From assembly GCA_051888835.1 (NCBI GenBank), contig JBJFCH010000082.1, positions 10,426-70,841 of the forward strand: 60,416 nucleotides of DNA. Reading direction: 5' to 3'. This DNA is from Oliverpabstia sp. Lineage in GTDB: Bacteria; Bacillota; Clostridia; Lachnospirales; Lachnospiraceae. Made by a program: the position numbers and the translations under genes. A model generated the notes under the pieces. It saw only the letters and a list, made by a program, of their open reading frames with translations, was not told the DNA's origin and did no database searches. Positions 1 to 10,000 of this stretch are shown here, one piece after another (the stretch's first letter is position 1; each line of letters opens with the position of its first letter).

Positions 1-22
1 TTTACAATATTCAAAGAACCAG

Positions 23-51
23 TTGAAAAAAAAAACAATTTGCCATATAAT
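23..51 (+). promoter_or_regulatory. Sigma-A-type promoter of the thiC leader
   Basis: TTGAAA (23-28), 17-nt spacer, TATAAT (46-51), immediately upstream of the TPP aptamer; contains an A10 run (26-35). Confidence 0.75.
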
Positions 52-61
52 AATTAAGTAA

Positions 62-146
62 TCAAAGGGGAGCTGACTGAAGTCGGCTGAGAGGAAACTG
101 ATTGGTTTCGACCCATAACCTGATTTGGATAATGCCAACGTAGGGA
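62..146 (+). ncRNA. TPP (THI-box) riboswitch aptamer
   Basis: GGGGAGCTG...CTGAGAGG...GACCC..AACCTGAT.TGGATAATGCCAACGTAGGGA consensus, upstream of thiC. Confidence 0.93.
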
Positions 147-192
147 CATAACACCGATATATGATGGAGATGCCTGCGGGTGTCTCCTTTTT
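147..192 (+). ncRNA. Putative HMP-PP (thiS motif) riboswitch embedded in the terminator
   Basis: CATA/TATG stem with ACACC in its loop, complementary to GGTGT in the terminator 3' arm; TGCG terminator loop; tandem to the TPP aptamer. Confidence 0.5.
166..192 (+). terminator. Intrinsic terminator (riboswitch expression platform)
   Basis: GGAGATGCC-TGCG-GGTGTCTCC followed by TTTTT. Confidence 0.88.
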
Positions 193-457
193 AGGTTTTC
201 CTATAATCGAAAATTGTTTTCCAGTTATAGGAATGCATACATACAGCGGCAGATTGGGGACACCACCTTTTGTCGCTTTCTATCAAGTACACCCAGGTGA
301 ACTTGATGCGAGATGTGCTGTGCAAAGCCCCTCATGCGTGAGGGGTATGGGGAGTTGAAGTGTGCTTGCCCACGTTGTTCCACATCTCTGTAATCCTTTG
401 AAAGATATATTTTCGAAGGAGATCGTTGCATAAGTGTTTGAAATGGAGGAAAGTACA

Positions 458-1768
458 ATGGAAAATTACACAACACAAATGGATGCAGCCAGAAAAGGCG
501 TCGTTACACCAGAGATTGAAACCGTTGCAAAAAAAGAGCATATGCCGGTAGAGCAGCTGATGAAGCTTGTGGCAGAAGGAAAGGTAGCAATTCCTGCCAA
601 CAAGCATCACAAATGTCTGAATCCTGAGGGCGTGGGCAGTATGCTTCGAACGAAAATTAATGTAAATCTTGGTGTATCAAGAGATTGTAAAGATTACAAT
701 ATTGAAATGGAAAAAGTGATGAGTGCGGTAAATCTGGGCGCTGAGTCGATCATGGATTTGTCCAGTCATGGAAATACACAGCCGTTTCGTCAGAAACTTA
801 CCAGTGAATGTCCTGTTATGATCGGTACTGTTCCGGTATATGACAGTGTGATTCATTATCAGCGAGATCTGGCAACTTTGACGGCAAAAGATTTTATAGA
901 TGTTGTTCGTCTTCATGCGGAAGATGGTGTGGATTTTGTTACTCTGCATTGCGGAATCACCAGAAAGACCATTGAGCAGATTCGTAAACATAAACGGAAA
1001 ATGAATATCGTAAGCCGAGGAGGAAGCCTTGTATTTGCATGGATGAGCATGACAGGGGAAGAAAATCCATTTTATGAATATTATGATGAGATTCTGGAAA
1101 TCTGTGAAGAACATGACGTTACCATTTCTTTGGGTGATGCCTGCCGTCCGGGATGTCTTGCGGATGCCACTGATGTGTGCCAGATTGAAGAATTGGTTCG
1201 TCTGGGCGAATTGACCAAACGTGCGTGGGATCACAATGTTCAGGTTATGGTAGAGGGACCGGGACATGTGCCGCTGGATCAGGTGGCAGCCAATATGGAA
1301 GTGCAGAAGAGTATTTGTATGGGAGCACCGTTCTACGTTCTTGGACCTCTGGTAACAGATATTGCGCCGGGGTATGATCATATCACAGCAGCAATCGGAG
1401 GTGCAGTAGCAGCAATGAGCGGAGCAGCATTCCTGTGTTATGTAACTCCGGCAGAGCATCTGGCGCTTCCAAACGTAGATGATGTAAAACAGGGAATCAT
1501 TGCTTCCAAGATAGCAGCGCATGCGGCTGATATTGCAAAAGGAATCCCGGGAGCAAGGGATATCGATGATAAGATGGCAGATGCCAGAAAAGCACTGGAT
1601 TGGGATGCACAGTTTGCCTGTGCCCTGGATCCGGAAACAGCGAAAGCCATCCGTGATGACCGTCTGCCGGAAGATGATCACAGCGACACATGCAGTATGT
1701 GCGGAAAATTCTGTGCAGTGCGCAGTATGAATAAAGCACTGGCCGGAGAATATATTGATATTTTATAA
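458..1768 (+). CDS. thiC: Phosphomethylpyrimidine (HMP-P) synthase
   Basis: [27 protein letters not shown] and C-terminal CSMCGKFC motifs; GGAGG RBS before ATG 458; TPP riboswitch upstream. Confidence 0.95.
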   Translation: MENYTTQMDAARKGVVTPEIETVAKKEHMPVEQLMKLVAEGKVAIPANKHHKCLNPEGVGSMLRTKINVNLGVSRDCKDYNIEMEKVMSAVNLGAESIMDLSSHGNTQPFRQKLTSECPVMIGTVPVYDSVIHYQRDLATLTAKDFIDVVRLHAEDGVDFVTLHCGITRKTIEQIRKHKRKMNIVSRGGSLVFAWMSMTGEENPFYEYYDEILEICEEHDVTISLGDACRPGCLADATDVCQIEELVRLGELTKRAWDHNVQVMVEGPGHVPLDQVAANMEVQKSICMGAPFYVLGPLVTDIAPGYDHITAAIGGAVAAMSGAAFLCYVTPAEHLALPNVDDVKQGIIASKIAAHAADIAKGIPGARDIDDKMADARKALDWDAQFACALDPETAKAIRDDRLPEDDHSDTCSMCGKFCAVRSMNKALAGEYIDIL

Positions 1769-1807
1769 AAAGTATTTTTTGATTTGTTATAGAAATAAAT
1801 GTCTTGA

Positions 1808-1837
1808 GGCTGATAATAGTATATACTGTTATCAGCC
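1808..1837. terminator. Hairpin downstream of thiC
   Basis: GGCTGATAATAG-TATATA-CTGTTATCAGCC inverted repeat. Confidence 0.6.
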
Positions 1838-1961
1838 AATATACTTTATTGACTATACAAATCAGCCAGAAAAATATTTTCGTTATTGTCCAATTGTTTT
1901 CGGACTTTTAAGCAAAGTTCCCGGTTGCGGACTTTGCTTATTCTGTTATACTGGATATATA

Positions 1962-2117
1962 ATGAGACAAGGGACAAAAGGTCAGTCGCGGCATGCTTGC
2001 ATGCCTGTGACTGACTTTGGGGACCGCAAAAACATGAGGAAGCAGCCCGAATAGGGCGGATTCCGAATGTTTTTAGAATTTCGAGAGTGCGAAGCACGGA
2101 GAAATTCGTAGTCTCAT
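1962..2117. repeat. Multi-hairpin REP/MITE-like intergenic element
   Basis: Bounded by inverted ATGAGAC/GTCTCAT; three internal stems including GCATGCTTGCATGC and GTGCGAAGCAC. Confidence 0.6.
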
Positions 2118-2174
2118 CCCATTTGTCGGGCAACTCATATGAATGGCAACAAATGATGTTCTGGGAGGTGCAGG

Positions 2175-2380
2175 ATGGAGAAAAAGAAAATTCTGATCAT
2201 TGGCAGCCTGAATATGGATATGGACATACAGATGGAGCGTTTCTCACCGGGCTTTCCGAGGGGATGGCAGTGAAAGATGCTATACGGATGGCAAACCTGG
2301 CATCTTCCATTGCGGTGACCAGAAAAGGCGCACAGAGTTCATTGCCGGAACGGACAGAAGTTGATACAATTTTGACATAA
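2175..2380 (+). pseudogene. rbsK: Ribokinase (PfkB family) pseudogene with large internal deletion
   Basis: RBS GGAGGTG then MEKKKILIIGSLNMD (ribokinase N-terminus); in another frame GAFLTGLSEG...ANLASSIAVTRKGAQSSLP (C-terminus); middle missing. Confidence 0.85.
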
Positions 2381-2395
2381 ATTTGGAGGTTTGAC

Positions 2396-4510
2396 ATGAC
2401 AGACAGACAACAGGCCAGAGAACAGGCCAGAAAACGGGCGGAAGAGTTGGTAGGGAGGATGACACTGGAAGAGAAAGCGTCCCAGCTTCGGTATGATGCG
2501 CCGGCGATTCCCCGGCTGAAGGTACCGGCTTATAACTGGTGGAATGAGGCGCTTCACGGTGTTGCGAGAGCAGGCACTGCAACCAGTTTTCCTCAGGCAA
2601 TCGGTATGGCAGCGGCATTTGATGAAGAACTGATGAAAGAGGTAGGAGATGCAATTGCACTGGAAGGTAGAGCTAAATATAATTCTTACAGTAGACAGGG
2701 TGACAGGGATATTTACAAAGGACTTACTTTCTGGTCACCCAATGTGAATATTTTCCGTGATCCCAGATGGGGGAGAGGTCATGAAACTTACGGAGAGGAT
2801 CCTTATCTGACAGGAAGACTGGGTGTAAACTTTATCAAAGGACTGCAGGGAGAAGGACCGGAATTGAAGGCAGCTGCCTGCGCAAAACATTTTGCGGTTC
2901 ACAGCGGACCGGAAGATCTGCGTCATGAATTTGACGCGCAGGTTTCAGCGAAGGATTTGTGGGAAACCTATCTTCCTGCATTTGAGGCCTGCGTCAGAGA
3001 AGGAGAAGTGGAAGCTGTGATGGGTGCCTACAACAGAACCAATGGAGAACCTTGCTGCGGACATACCGTTCTGATGGAAGAGATTCTCAGAGGAAAATGG
3101 GATTTCCAGGGACATTTTGTGTCGGACTGCTGGGCAATCAAGGATTTCCATACCGGTCATATGGTTACGAATACAGCCCCGGAATCAGCGGCACTGGCAC
3201 TGAAAAAGGGGTGTGACGTAAACTGTGGCAATACGTATCTTCATATCCTGAAAGCGTATCAGTTGGGGCTTGTAACAGAAGATGAGATTACTCAGGCAGC
3301 AGTACGATTGTTTACCACCCGTTTCCTTCTGGGCTTATTTGACGAGACAGAATATGATACTATTTCTTATGATATGGTAGAATGTAAGGAACATCTGGAA
3401 CTGGCAGCAAAAGCCGCCAGGGAAAGTATGGTTCTTCTGAAAAACAATGGTATCCTTCCATTGAATCAGGAGAAGGTAAAAACCATCGGCGTGATCGGAC
3501 CAAATGCAGATAGCCGCAGAGTTTTGATCGGGAATTATTATGGAACTTCTTCTCATTATACGACCGTGTTGGAGGGGATCCGGGAAGAAGCGGGGGAAGA
3601 AATCCGTGTTCTGTATTCAGAAGGATGCCATCTTTATAAAGACAAAGTGGAAGGTCTAGCTATGAGGCAGGATCGCCTGTCTGAGGCGATGATCGTGGCG
3701 GCAAACAGTGATGTAGTGGTACTGTGTCTTGGTCTGGATGAAACTCTTGAAGGAGAAGAGATGGATCAGGGAAATGGTGTCGGCAGCGGAGACAAACAGG
3801 ATCTGCTTCTTCCGGAAGTACAGCGAGAATTGCTGGACAGACTTCTGGAACAGAATACACCGGTCATTTTATGTCTGATGGCAGGAAGTGCTATGGATAT
3901 CAGAAGTGCGGATGAAAAAGCAGCTGCAATTTTACAGACATGGTATCCGGGAGCCGGTGGAGGAAAACAGGTTGCAGAAGTCCTGTTCGGGAAAATCTCA
4001 CCGTCAGGAAAACTTCCGGTAACTTTCTACCATAATGAGGATCTGGCATATATGCCTGCATTTACGGATTACTCGATGAAGGAACGAACTTATCGTTATC
4101 TGAATCGCAAGCCACTGTATCCCTTTGGATATGGGCTTACCTATGGTAATGCAAAAGTAAAAGAGGTGCAGGTAAATACTGATCATGGAGTAAGCTTACA
4201 GATACAGGTAAAAAATGAGGGAGCCAGAGCAACAGAAGATGTAGTTGAAGTTTACATAAAAAATCTGGAATCTGCATACGCTGTGAAAAATCACAGCCTC
4301 TGTGGATTTGCCCGGGTAGAGCTGGAACCGGGAGAAGAAAAGAAAATAGAGATATCTATTCCGGAATCCGCATTTATGGTGATAGATGATAGAGGAGAGA
4401 CAAGGAGAGACGGAAACAGATTCCGGCTATTTACAGGTACCAGCCAGCCGGATGAAAGAAGTTTTGAACTGACCGGAATACGCCCGGTAGAAGTTGAGAT
4501 AGAAATCTAA
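2396..4510 (+). CDS. GH3 glycoside hydrolase (beta-xylosidase/beta-glucosidase type) with Fn3-like C-terminus
   Basis: WWNEALHG, RDPRWGRGHETYGEDP, CAKHF, FVSDCWA, PFGYGL motifs; no signal peptide. Confidence 0.92.
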   Translation: MTDRQQAREQARKRAEELVGRMTLEEKASQLRYDAPAIPRLKVPAYNWWNEALHGVARAGTATSFPQAIGMAAAFDEELMKEVGDAIALEGRAKYNSYSRQGDRDIYKGLTFWSPNVNIFRDPRWGRGHETYGEDPYLTGRLGVNFIKGLQGEGPELKAAACAKHFAVHSGPEDLRHEFDAQVSAKDLWETYLPAFEACVREGEVEAVMGAYNRTNGEPCCGHTVLMEEILRGKWDFQGHFVSDCWAIKDFHTGHMVTNTAPESAALALKKGCDVNCGNTYLHILKAYQLGLVTEDEITQAAVRLFTTRFLLGLFDETEYDTISYDMVECKEHLELAAKAARESMVLLKNNGILPLNQEKVKTIGVIGPNADSRRVLIGNYYGTSSHYTTVLEGIREEAGEEIRVLYSEGCHLYKDKVEGLAMRQDRLSEAMIVAANSDVVVLCLGLDETLEGEEMDQGNGVGSGDKQDLLLPEVQRELLDRLLEQNTPVILCLMAGSAMDIRSADEKAAAILQTWYPGAGGGKQVAEVLFGKISPSGKLPVTFYHNEDLAYMPAFTDYSMKERTYRYLNRKPLYPFGYGLTYGNAKVKEVQVNTDHGVSLQIQVKNEGARATEDVVEVYIKNLESAYAVKNHSLCGFARVELEPGEEKKIEISIPESAFMVIDDRGETRRDGNRFRLFTGTSQPDERSFELTGIRPVEVEIEI

Positions 4511-4517
4511 AAAAGGA

Positions 4518-5132
4518 GTGAGTAAAATGGATTTTGAAAATGTAAAGAAAAACCTGGAGAAGCATGGATTTAAGGTATCCTGCTTTGATACTGCAAAAGA
4601 GGCAGTTGATTATATTGATTCTCAGGTGGATAACAAAAGTATCGGTTTTGGAGGATCGGTTACATTGGATCAGATGGGACTTTATGAGCGGTTGTCTGCT
4701 CACAATCAGGTAAGCTGGCACTGGAGAGTACCGGAAGGGATGACAGGTCCGGAAGTAATTAAGCAGGAAGGTTCTGCGGAAATATATTTTTCTTCTGTTA
4801 ATGGACTGGCAGAAACCGGAGAAATCATCAACATTGATGGAACTTGCAATCGAATTGCTGATATTTTTTACGGACATCAAAAAGTTTATCTGGTTGCCGG
4901 AGAAAATAAAATCGAGAAGAATTTTCACAGCGCACTTTCCCGCGCAAGAAATATTGCTGCTCCGTTAAATGCAAAACGACTGGGTAAGAAGACACCTTGT
5001 GCTATTAAAGGGGATCGCTGCTATGACTGTGACAGCCCGGACAGAATCTGCCGTGGTCTGTCTGTATTGTGGGAGAAACCAGGTGCAGGGGAATTTGAAG
5101 TTATCTTAATTCACGAGAAGCTTGGATATTAA
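4518..5132 (+). CDS. LUD-domain (lactate utilisation LutC-like) protein
   Basis: GFGGSVTL, SSVNGLAETGEIINIDGTCNR, C-terminal Cys cluster CAIKGDRCYDC. Confidence 0.8.
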   Translation: MSKMDFENVKKNLEKHGFKVSCFDTAKEAVDYIDSQVDNKSIGFGGSVTLDQMGLYERLSAHNQVSWHWRVPEGMTGPEVIKQEGSAEIYFSSVNGLAETGEIINIDGTCNRIADIFYGHQKVYLVAGENKIEKNFHSALSRARNIAAPLNAKRLGKKTPCAIKGDRCYDCDSPDRICRGLSVLWEKPGAGEFEVILIHEKLGY

Positions 5133-5133
5133 G

Positions 5134-6045
5134 ATGAAGATACCGGTGAAAGAAAATCACAGCTGTACACTTTGTCCCAGAATGTGCCGTGTGGACAGAG
5201 ACAGAGGACAGAAAGGTTACTGTCGGATGGACAGCACGGTGCGCGGTGCAAGAGCAGCACTGCACATGTGGGAAGAACCTTGTATATCGGGAGAAAAAGG
5301 CTCGGGTGCCGTGTTCTTTTCAGGATGTACACTGGGCTGTGTGTTCTGTCAGAACCGACAGATTGCAGATGGAACCTGCGGAAAAGAGATATCGGTGGAA
5401 AGACTCAGTGATATATTTCTGGAGCTCCAGGAAAAAGGCGCGGCAAACATTAATCTTGTTACAGCATCTCATTTTGTCCTGCAGGTGATTCCAGCACTGG
5501 AATATGCGAAAAGTCATGGCCTGAAGATCCCGGTGGTATATAATACCGGAGGATATGAAAAGGTGGAGACACTGCAAATGTTGGAAGGGATCGTAGATGT
5601 GTGGCTGCCGGATTTTAAATATATGGATTCAAAATTAGGAGAGAAATATTCTCGCGCGAAAGATTATCCGGAGGTAGCGGCCCGTGCACTGGAAGAAATG
5701 GTACGTCAGGCAGGAAACTGTATTTTTGATGAAGCAGGATATATACAAAAAGGTGTGATCGTACGTCATTTGATTCTTCCAGGTCATACGGAGGATTCCA
5801 AAGCGGTGCTGCAATATCTGTATAAAACCTATATGAATAAGATTTATATCAGTGTGATGAATCAGTATACACCACTGCCTCATACGGCAGATATGCCTCC
5901 CTTAAATCGGAAGATAACAAAACGGGAATATGATAGAGTCCTTGATTATGCCCTTTCTTTGGGAATTGAACAGGGGTATTTTCAGGAAGGCGCGACAGCG
6001 GAAGAAAGTTTTATTCCGCTGTTTGATTATGAAGGATTATCTTGA
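5134..6045 (+). CDS. Radical SAM protein, PflX-like
   Basis: N-terminal CTLCPRMC, HMWEEPCISG, CxxxCxxC (CTLGCVFC), VRHLILPG, MNQYTP. Confidence 0.85.
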   Translation: MKIPVKENHSCTLCPRMCRVDRDRGQKGYCRMDSTVRGARAALHMWEEPCISGEKGSGAVFFSGCTLGCVFCQNRQIADGTCGKEISVERLSDIFLELQEKGAANINLVTASHFVLQVIPALEYAKSHGLKIPVVYNTGGYEKVETLQMLEGIVDVWLPDFKYMDSKLGEKYSRAKDYPEVAARALEEMVRQAGNCIFDEAGYIQKGVIVRHLILPGHTEDSKAVLQYLYKTYMNKIYISVMNQYTPLPHTADMPPLNRKITKREYDRVLDYALSLGIEQGYFQEGATAEESFIPLFDYEGLS

Positions 6046-6057
6046 AAGGAGTAAATT

Positions 6058-7032
6058 ATGAAAGTTTCAATATTAGGTCCTGGTGGAATTGCCAGGAATA
6101 TGGCAACAGCAGTAAAGGGATTAAAAGAGCAGGGAGTAGAGGCATATGCGGTAGCTTCCCGCAATCTGGAGAGAGCAAAAGCATTTGCAGCTGAATGGGG
6201 ATTTGAGAAAGCATATGGTTCTTACGAAGAAATGCTGGAGGACCCGGAGGTGGAACTGGTTTATGTAGCTACACCTCATTCCCATCATTACCAGTATGCG
6301 AAGATGTGCCTGGAGCATGGAAAGCATGTGCTGGTAGAAAAGGCATTTACAGTCAATGCCAGACAGGCAGAAGAACTGATTCGTATATCGGAAGAGAAGA
6401 ATCTTCTTCTTGCAGAAGCAATCTGGACAAGATATATGCCAAGCAGAAAAATGATTGATGATATTGTTGAAAGCGGTGTGATCGGTGATATTACATCTTT
6501 GACAGCAAATCTGGGATATCCGCTGAAGCATGTAGAGCGTCTGCAGAATCCGGAACTTGCAGGCGGAGCACTTCTTGATCTTGGGGTATATCCGATCAAT
6601 TTTGCGCTTATGGTATTCCATGGAGAGGTGAAAGAGGTACAGTCCACAGCCGTCATGTCACCAAAAGGGATTGACTGGATGAACAGCATTACACTGACAT
6701 TTGATGACGGAAAGATGGCAGTTCTCCACAGCAACATGCTGGCATTGCCGGATCGGGAAGGAGTGATCAACGGAGAAAAAGGATATATTGAAATCCAGAA
6801 TATTAATAATTGTGAGGAAATCCGTGTGTACGATGAAAATCGTCAGGTGAAAGAACGGTATCAGGTACCGGAGCAGATCAACGGATATGAATATGAAGTT
6901 CTTGCATGCAAACAGGCTATTTTGGAGGGAAAATACGAGTGTCCACAGATGCCTCACAGTGAAATCCTCAGAGTGATGAGAATGATGGATCAGATCAGAG
7001 AAAGCTGGGGCATGAAATTCCCCTGCGAATAG
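6058..7032 (+). CDS. Gfo/Idh/MocA family oxidoreductase
   Basis: GPGGIA Rossmann motif, ATPHSHH, HVLVEKAF, GGALLDLGVY. Confidence 0.9.
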   Translation: MKVSILGPGGIARNMATAVKGLKEQGVEAYAVASRNLERAKAFAAEWGFEKAYGSYEEMLEDPEVELVYVATPHSHHYQYAKMCLEHGKHVLVEKAFTVNARQAEELIRISEEKNLLLAEAIWTRYMPSRKMIDDIVESGVIGDITSLTANLGYPLKHVERLQNPELAGGALLDLGVYPINFALMVFHGEVKEVQSTAVMSPKGIDWMNSITLTFDDGKMAVLHSNMLALPDREGVINGEKGYIEIQNINNCEEIRVYDENRQVKERYQVPEQINGYEYEVLACKQAILEGKYECPQMPHSEILRVMRMMDQIRESWGMKFPCE

Positions 7033-7077
7033 TCGGGAGACAGAGAAAGTGGAACTGAAAAAAGCGAGAGGAGCCAT

Positions 7078-10000
7078 ATGTCACTTCAATTTATCTTAGG
7101 AAATTCCGGAGCAGGAAAATCTTATTTTTTATTTCAGCATATCATACAGGAAGCGGAGAAACATCCGGAAAAGAATTATCTTGTGATTGTACCGGAGCAG
7201 TTTACCATGCAGACACAGAAGGAACTGGTAGCGTTCAGTCCAAATCATGGAATTATGAATGTAGATGTTTTAAGCTTTCAGCGTCTTGCATACCGTGTGC
7301 TGCAGGAGACAGGTGGAGAAAACAGAACTGTTCTGGAGGAAACCGGGAAGACACTGGTGATCCAGAGAGTGATCCAGGAAGAGGAGAAAAAACTGGGAGT
7401 ACTGGCAGGAAGCCTGAAAAAAACCGGAACTGTCAGTGAAATGAAGTCACTGGTGTCGGAATTGATACAGTATGATATTCGTCCGGAACAGATGGATGAT
7501 ATAGAGAAAAAATCTCGCGAAAAGACGTTTCTGGCATCCAAGTTAAAGGATATCCGAATTGTTTATGAGGGATTTGTAAATTATCTGAAGGACCGGTATA
7601 TTACCGGTGAAGAAATTCTGGATGTTCTGTGCGACAAAATCGGCGAGTCTCGTATGATGAAAAATTGTCAGGTAATACTGGATGGATTTACAGGACTTAC
7701 ACCACTTCAGAATAAAGCTATGAGAAAAATCCTCAAATTATCGGAAAAGGTATGGGTAACAGTCACACTGGATGAAAAGGTACCAAGAGAAAAACTGAAA
7801 AGCCCTCAACATCTTTTCCGGATGAGCGGTGCAATGTTGGAGCATCTGACCGGAATGGCTGTGGAAGAGAAGGTTGAGGTGGAAGAGGATATCTGGGTAC
7901 ATCCGGGAAAATTCAGTCGTTTTTCAAAATCTCCTGCGCTGGAATTTATGGAGCGTCACCTGTTTCGCTATGGAAATCCTTCTTATCGCAGAGAACAGGA
8001 AGAAATTCAGATTTTTGCTGCTTCCAATCCAAGGACAGAGATGGAAGAAATCGCCAGAAGGATTTGCTTTTTGGTGAGAACGGAAAACTACAAATATGGA
8101 GATTTTGCGGTGATCACCGGTGATTTGGCTACGTATGGAAATTATGCGGGACAGGTCATGGAAGAATGTAAGATTCCTTGTTTCATTGATGAAAAACATT
8201 CGATTTTGATGAATCCTTTTGTGGAATATCTTAGGGCAGTTTTGAATATGATGACGGAGCAGTTTACTTATGAAAGTGTATTTCGGTATCTGCGATGTGG
8301 ATTATCCCGACTTTCCGTATACGAGACGGATGTACTTGAGAACTATTGTATAGCTGTGGGAATCCGGGGATGGAAGCAGTGGAAAGAACATTGGGTTCGT
8401 CGTTACAGAGGAATGAAAGACGGAAGTATGGAAGAGGTAAACGGCATTCGGGAAAAATTTCTGGAAGAAATAGAAACCTTTGTAGAACAGATGAGACAGA
8501 GGAATCTAACCGTCGAGCAGAGAACACGCATACTTTATGAGTTTGTCGTCAGAGGAGATATACAGGAGAAAATTTCACAACAGGAAGAAGTGTTTGAACG
8601 GCAGGGAGAAAAAGCTTTGGCCAAAGAATATTCTCAGATTTACGGGATCATCATGAATCTGATGGATAAGCTGGTACAGGTATTGGGCGAGGAAACGATA
8701 TCGCTCGCTGATTATCAGCAGCTTTTGGAAGCAGGATTTCAGGAGGCGCAGGTGGGTGTTATTCCTCCATCCGCAGATCAGGTGCTTGTGGGAGACATGG
8801 AACGAACCCGTCTGAAAGATGTTAAAGTCCTGTTCTTTGCGGGGGTGAATGATTCTGTCATCCCGAAACGTCAGGGGCGGGGAGGACTTTTGTCGGAAGC
8901 AGACAGAGAATTTCTGGAAATTCAGGATGTTGAACTGGCACCGACATCACGGGAATCCATGTATATACAGAAGTTTTATCTGTATCTGAATCTGACAAAG
9001 CCCAGTCGTCGGCTTATCCTTTCCTATGCAAAATCAGGAAGTCAGGGAAAGACTCAGTCACCGGCGTATCTCATCCCGATGATCTGTCAGTTGTTTCCCA
9101 AACTGCAGATACAGGAAAGCGAAGAAAATGGAATCCGACAGGCAGAGCAGGCAGGACAGGCAGTGGAATTTCTTCTTCGGGGGCTGGAGCAATCGGGTGA
9201 AGAAGAACCTTCAGATGAATGGAAAGAACTCTTATGCTGGTATCTGAATTCACCGGAGTGGAAAGAAGAATGTGAAAAGTGGATAGACAATGCATTTCGT
9301 CAGAAGCCTGTGGATAAGATAGGTAAAAGTGCAGCCAGAGCATTGTATGGCAATGTACTTGACAACAGTGCAACACAGTTGGAGCAATTTGCCGCCTGTG
9401 CCTTTTCCCATTTCCTTCAGTATGGACTGGAGATCGAAGAACGCCCGGAATATGAATTTCGTGCGTCGGACATGGGCAATGTGATTCATCAGGCATTGGA
9501 GAGATTCTCTGTAAATCTGAAAAAGCACAGAATGTCATGGCGGAATCTGACAGATGAACAAAGAGAAACACTGATTGACGAGAGTGTGGATGAAATCATT
9601 TTTGATTATGGCAATACGATTCTGGAGAGCAGTGCCCGAAACCGTTATATGATAACGAGAGTAAAACGAATCCTCAGAAGGACTGTATGGGCGCTTCAGG
9701 AGCAGTTGAAATGTGGAAAATATGAACCGGAGCAGTTTGAAATATCTTTTGCAATGGAGGATCAGCTGAAAGCAATTCATTTTGAACTGTCAGAAGATGA
9801 AAAACTCCGTCTGAAAGGAAGGATTGATCGTGTAGATCGATATGAGGAAGAAGATAAGATCTATGTGAAAGTAATAGATTATAAGTCTGGCAATACGTCT
9901 ATGGATCTGATCGCGCTTTATCATGGACTGCAGCTGCAGTTGATCGTATATCTGAATGCGGCATTGGAAATTGAGCAGAGGGAGCATCCGGAGAAGCAGG

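Noticed and set aside
161-476. Short ORFs in the thiC leader
   Set aside because: Overlap the terminator and structured leader; no protein-like features
677-1681. 334-aa minus-strand ORF
   Set aside because: Antisense shadow of thiC; no recognisable motif
458-1768. Possibility that the gene is a bzaA/B/F (cobalamin lower-ligand) paralogue
   Set aside because: Preceded by a TPP, not cobalamin, riboswitch and no cobalamin genes nearby
1962-2117. Cloverleaf element as a tRNA or tmRNA
   Set aside because: Wrong size and stem lengths; no recognisable D-arm, correctly placed T-arm or CCA end
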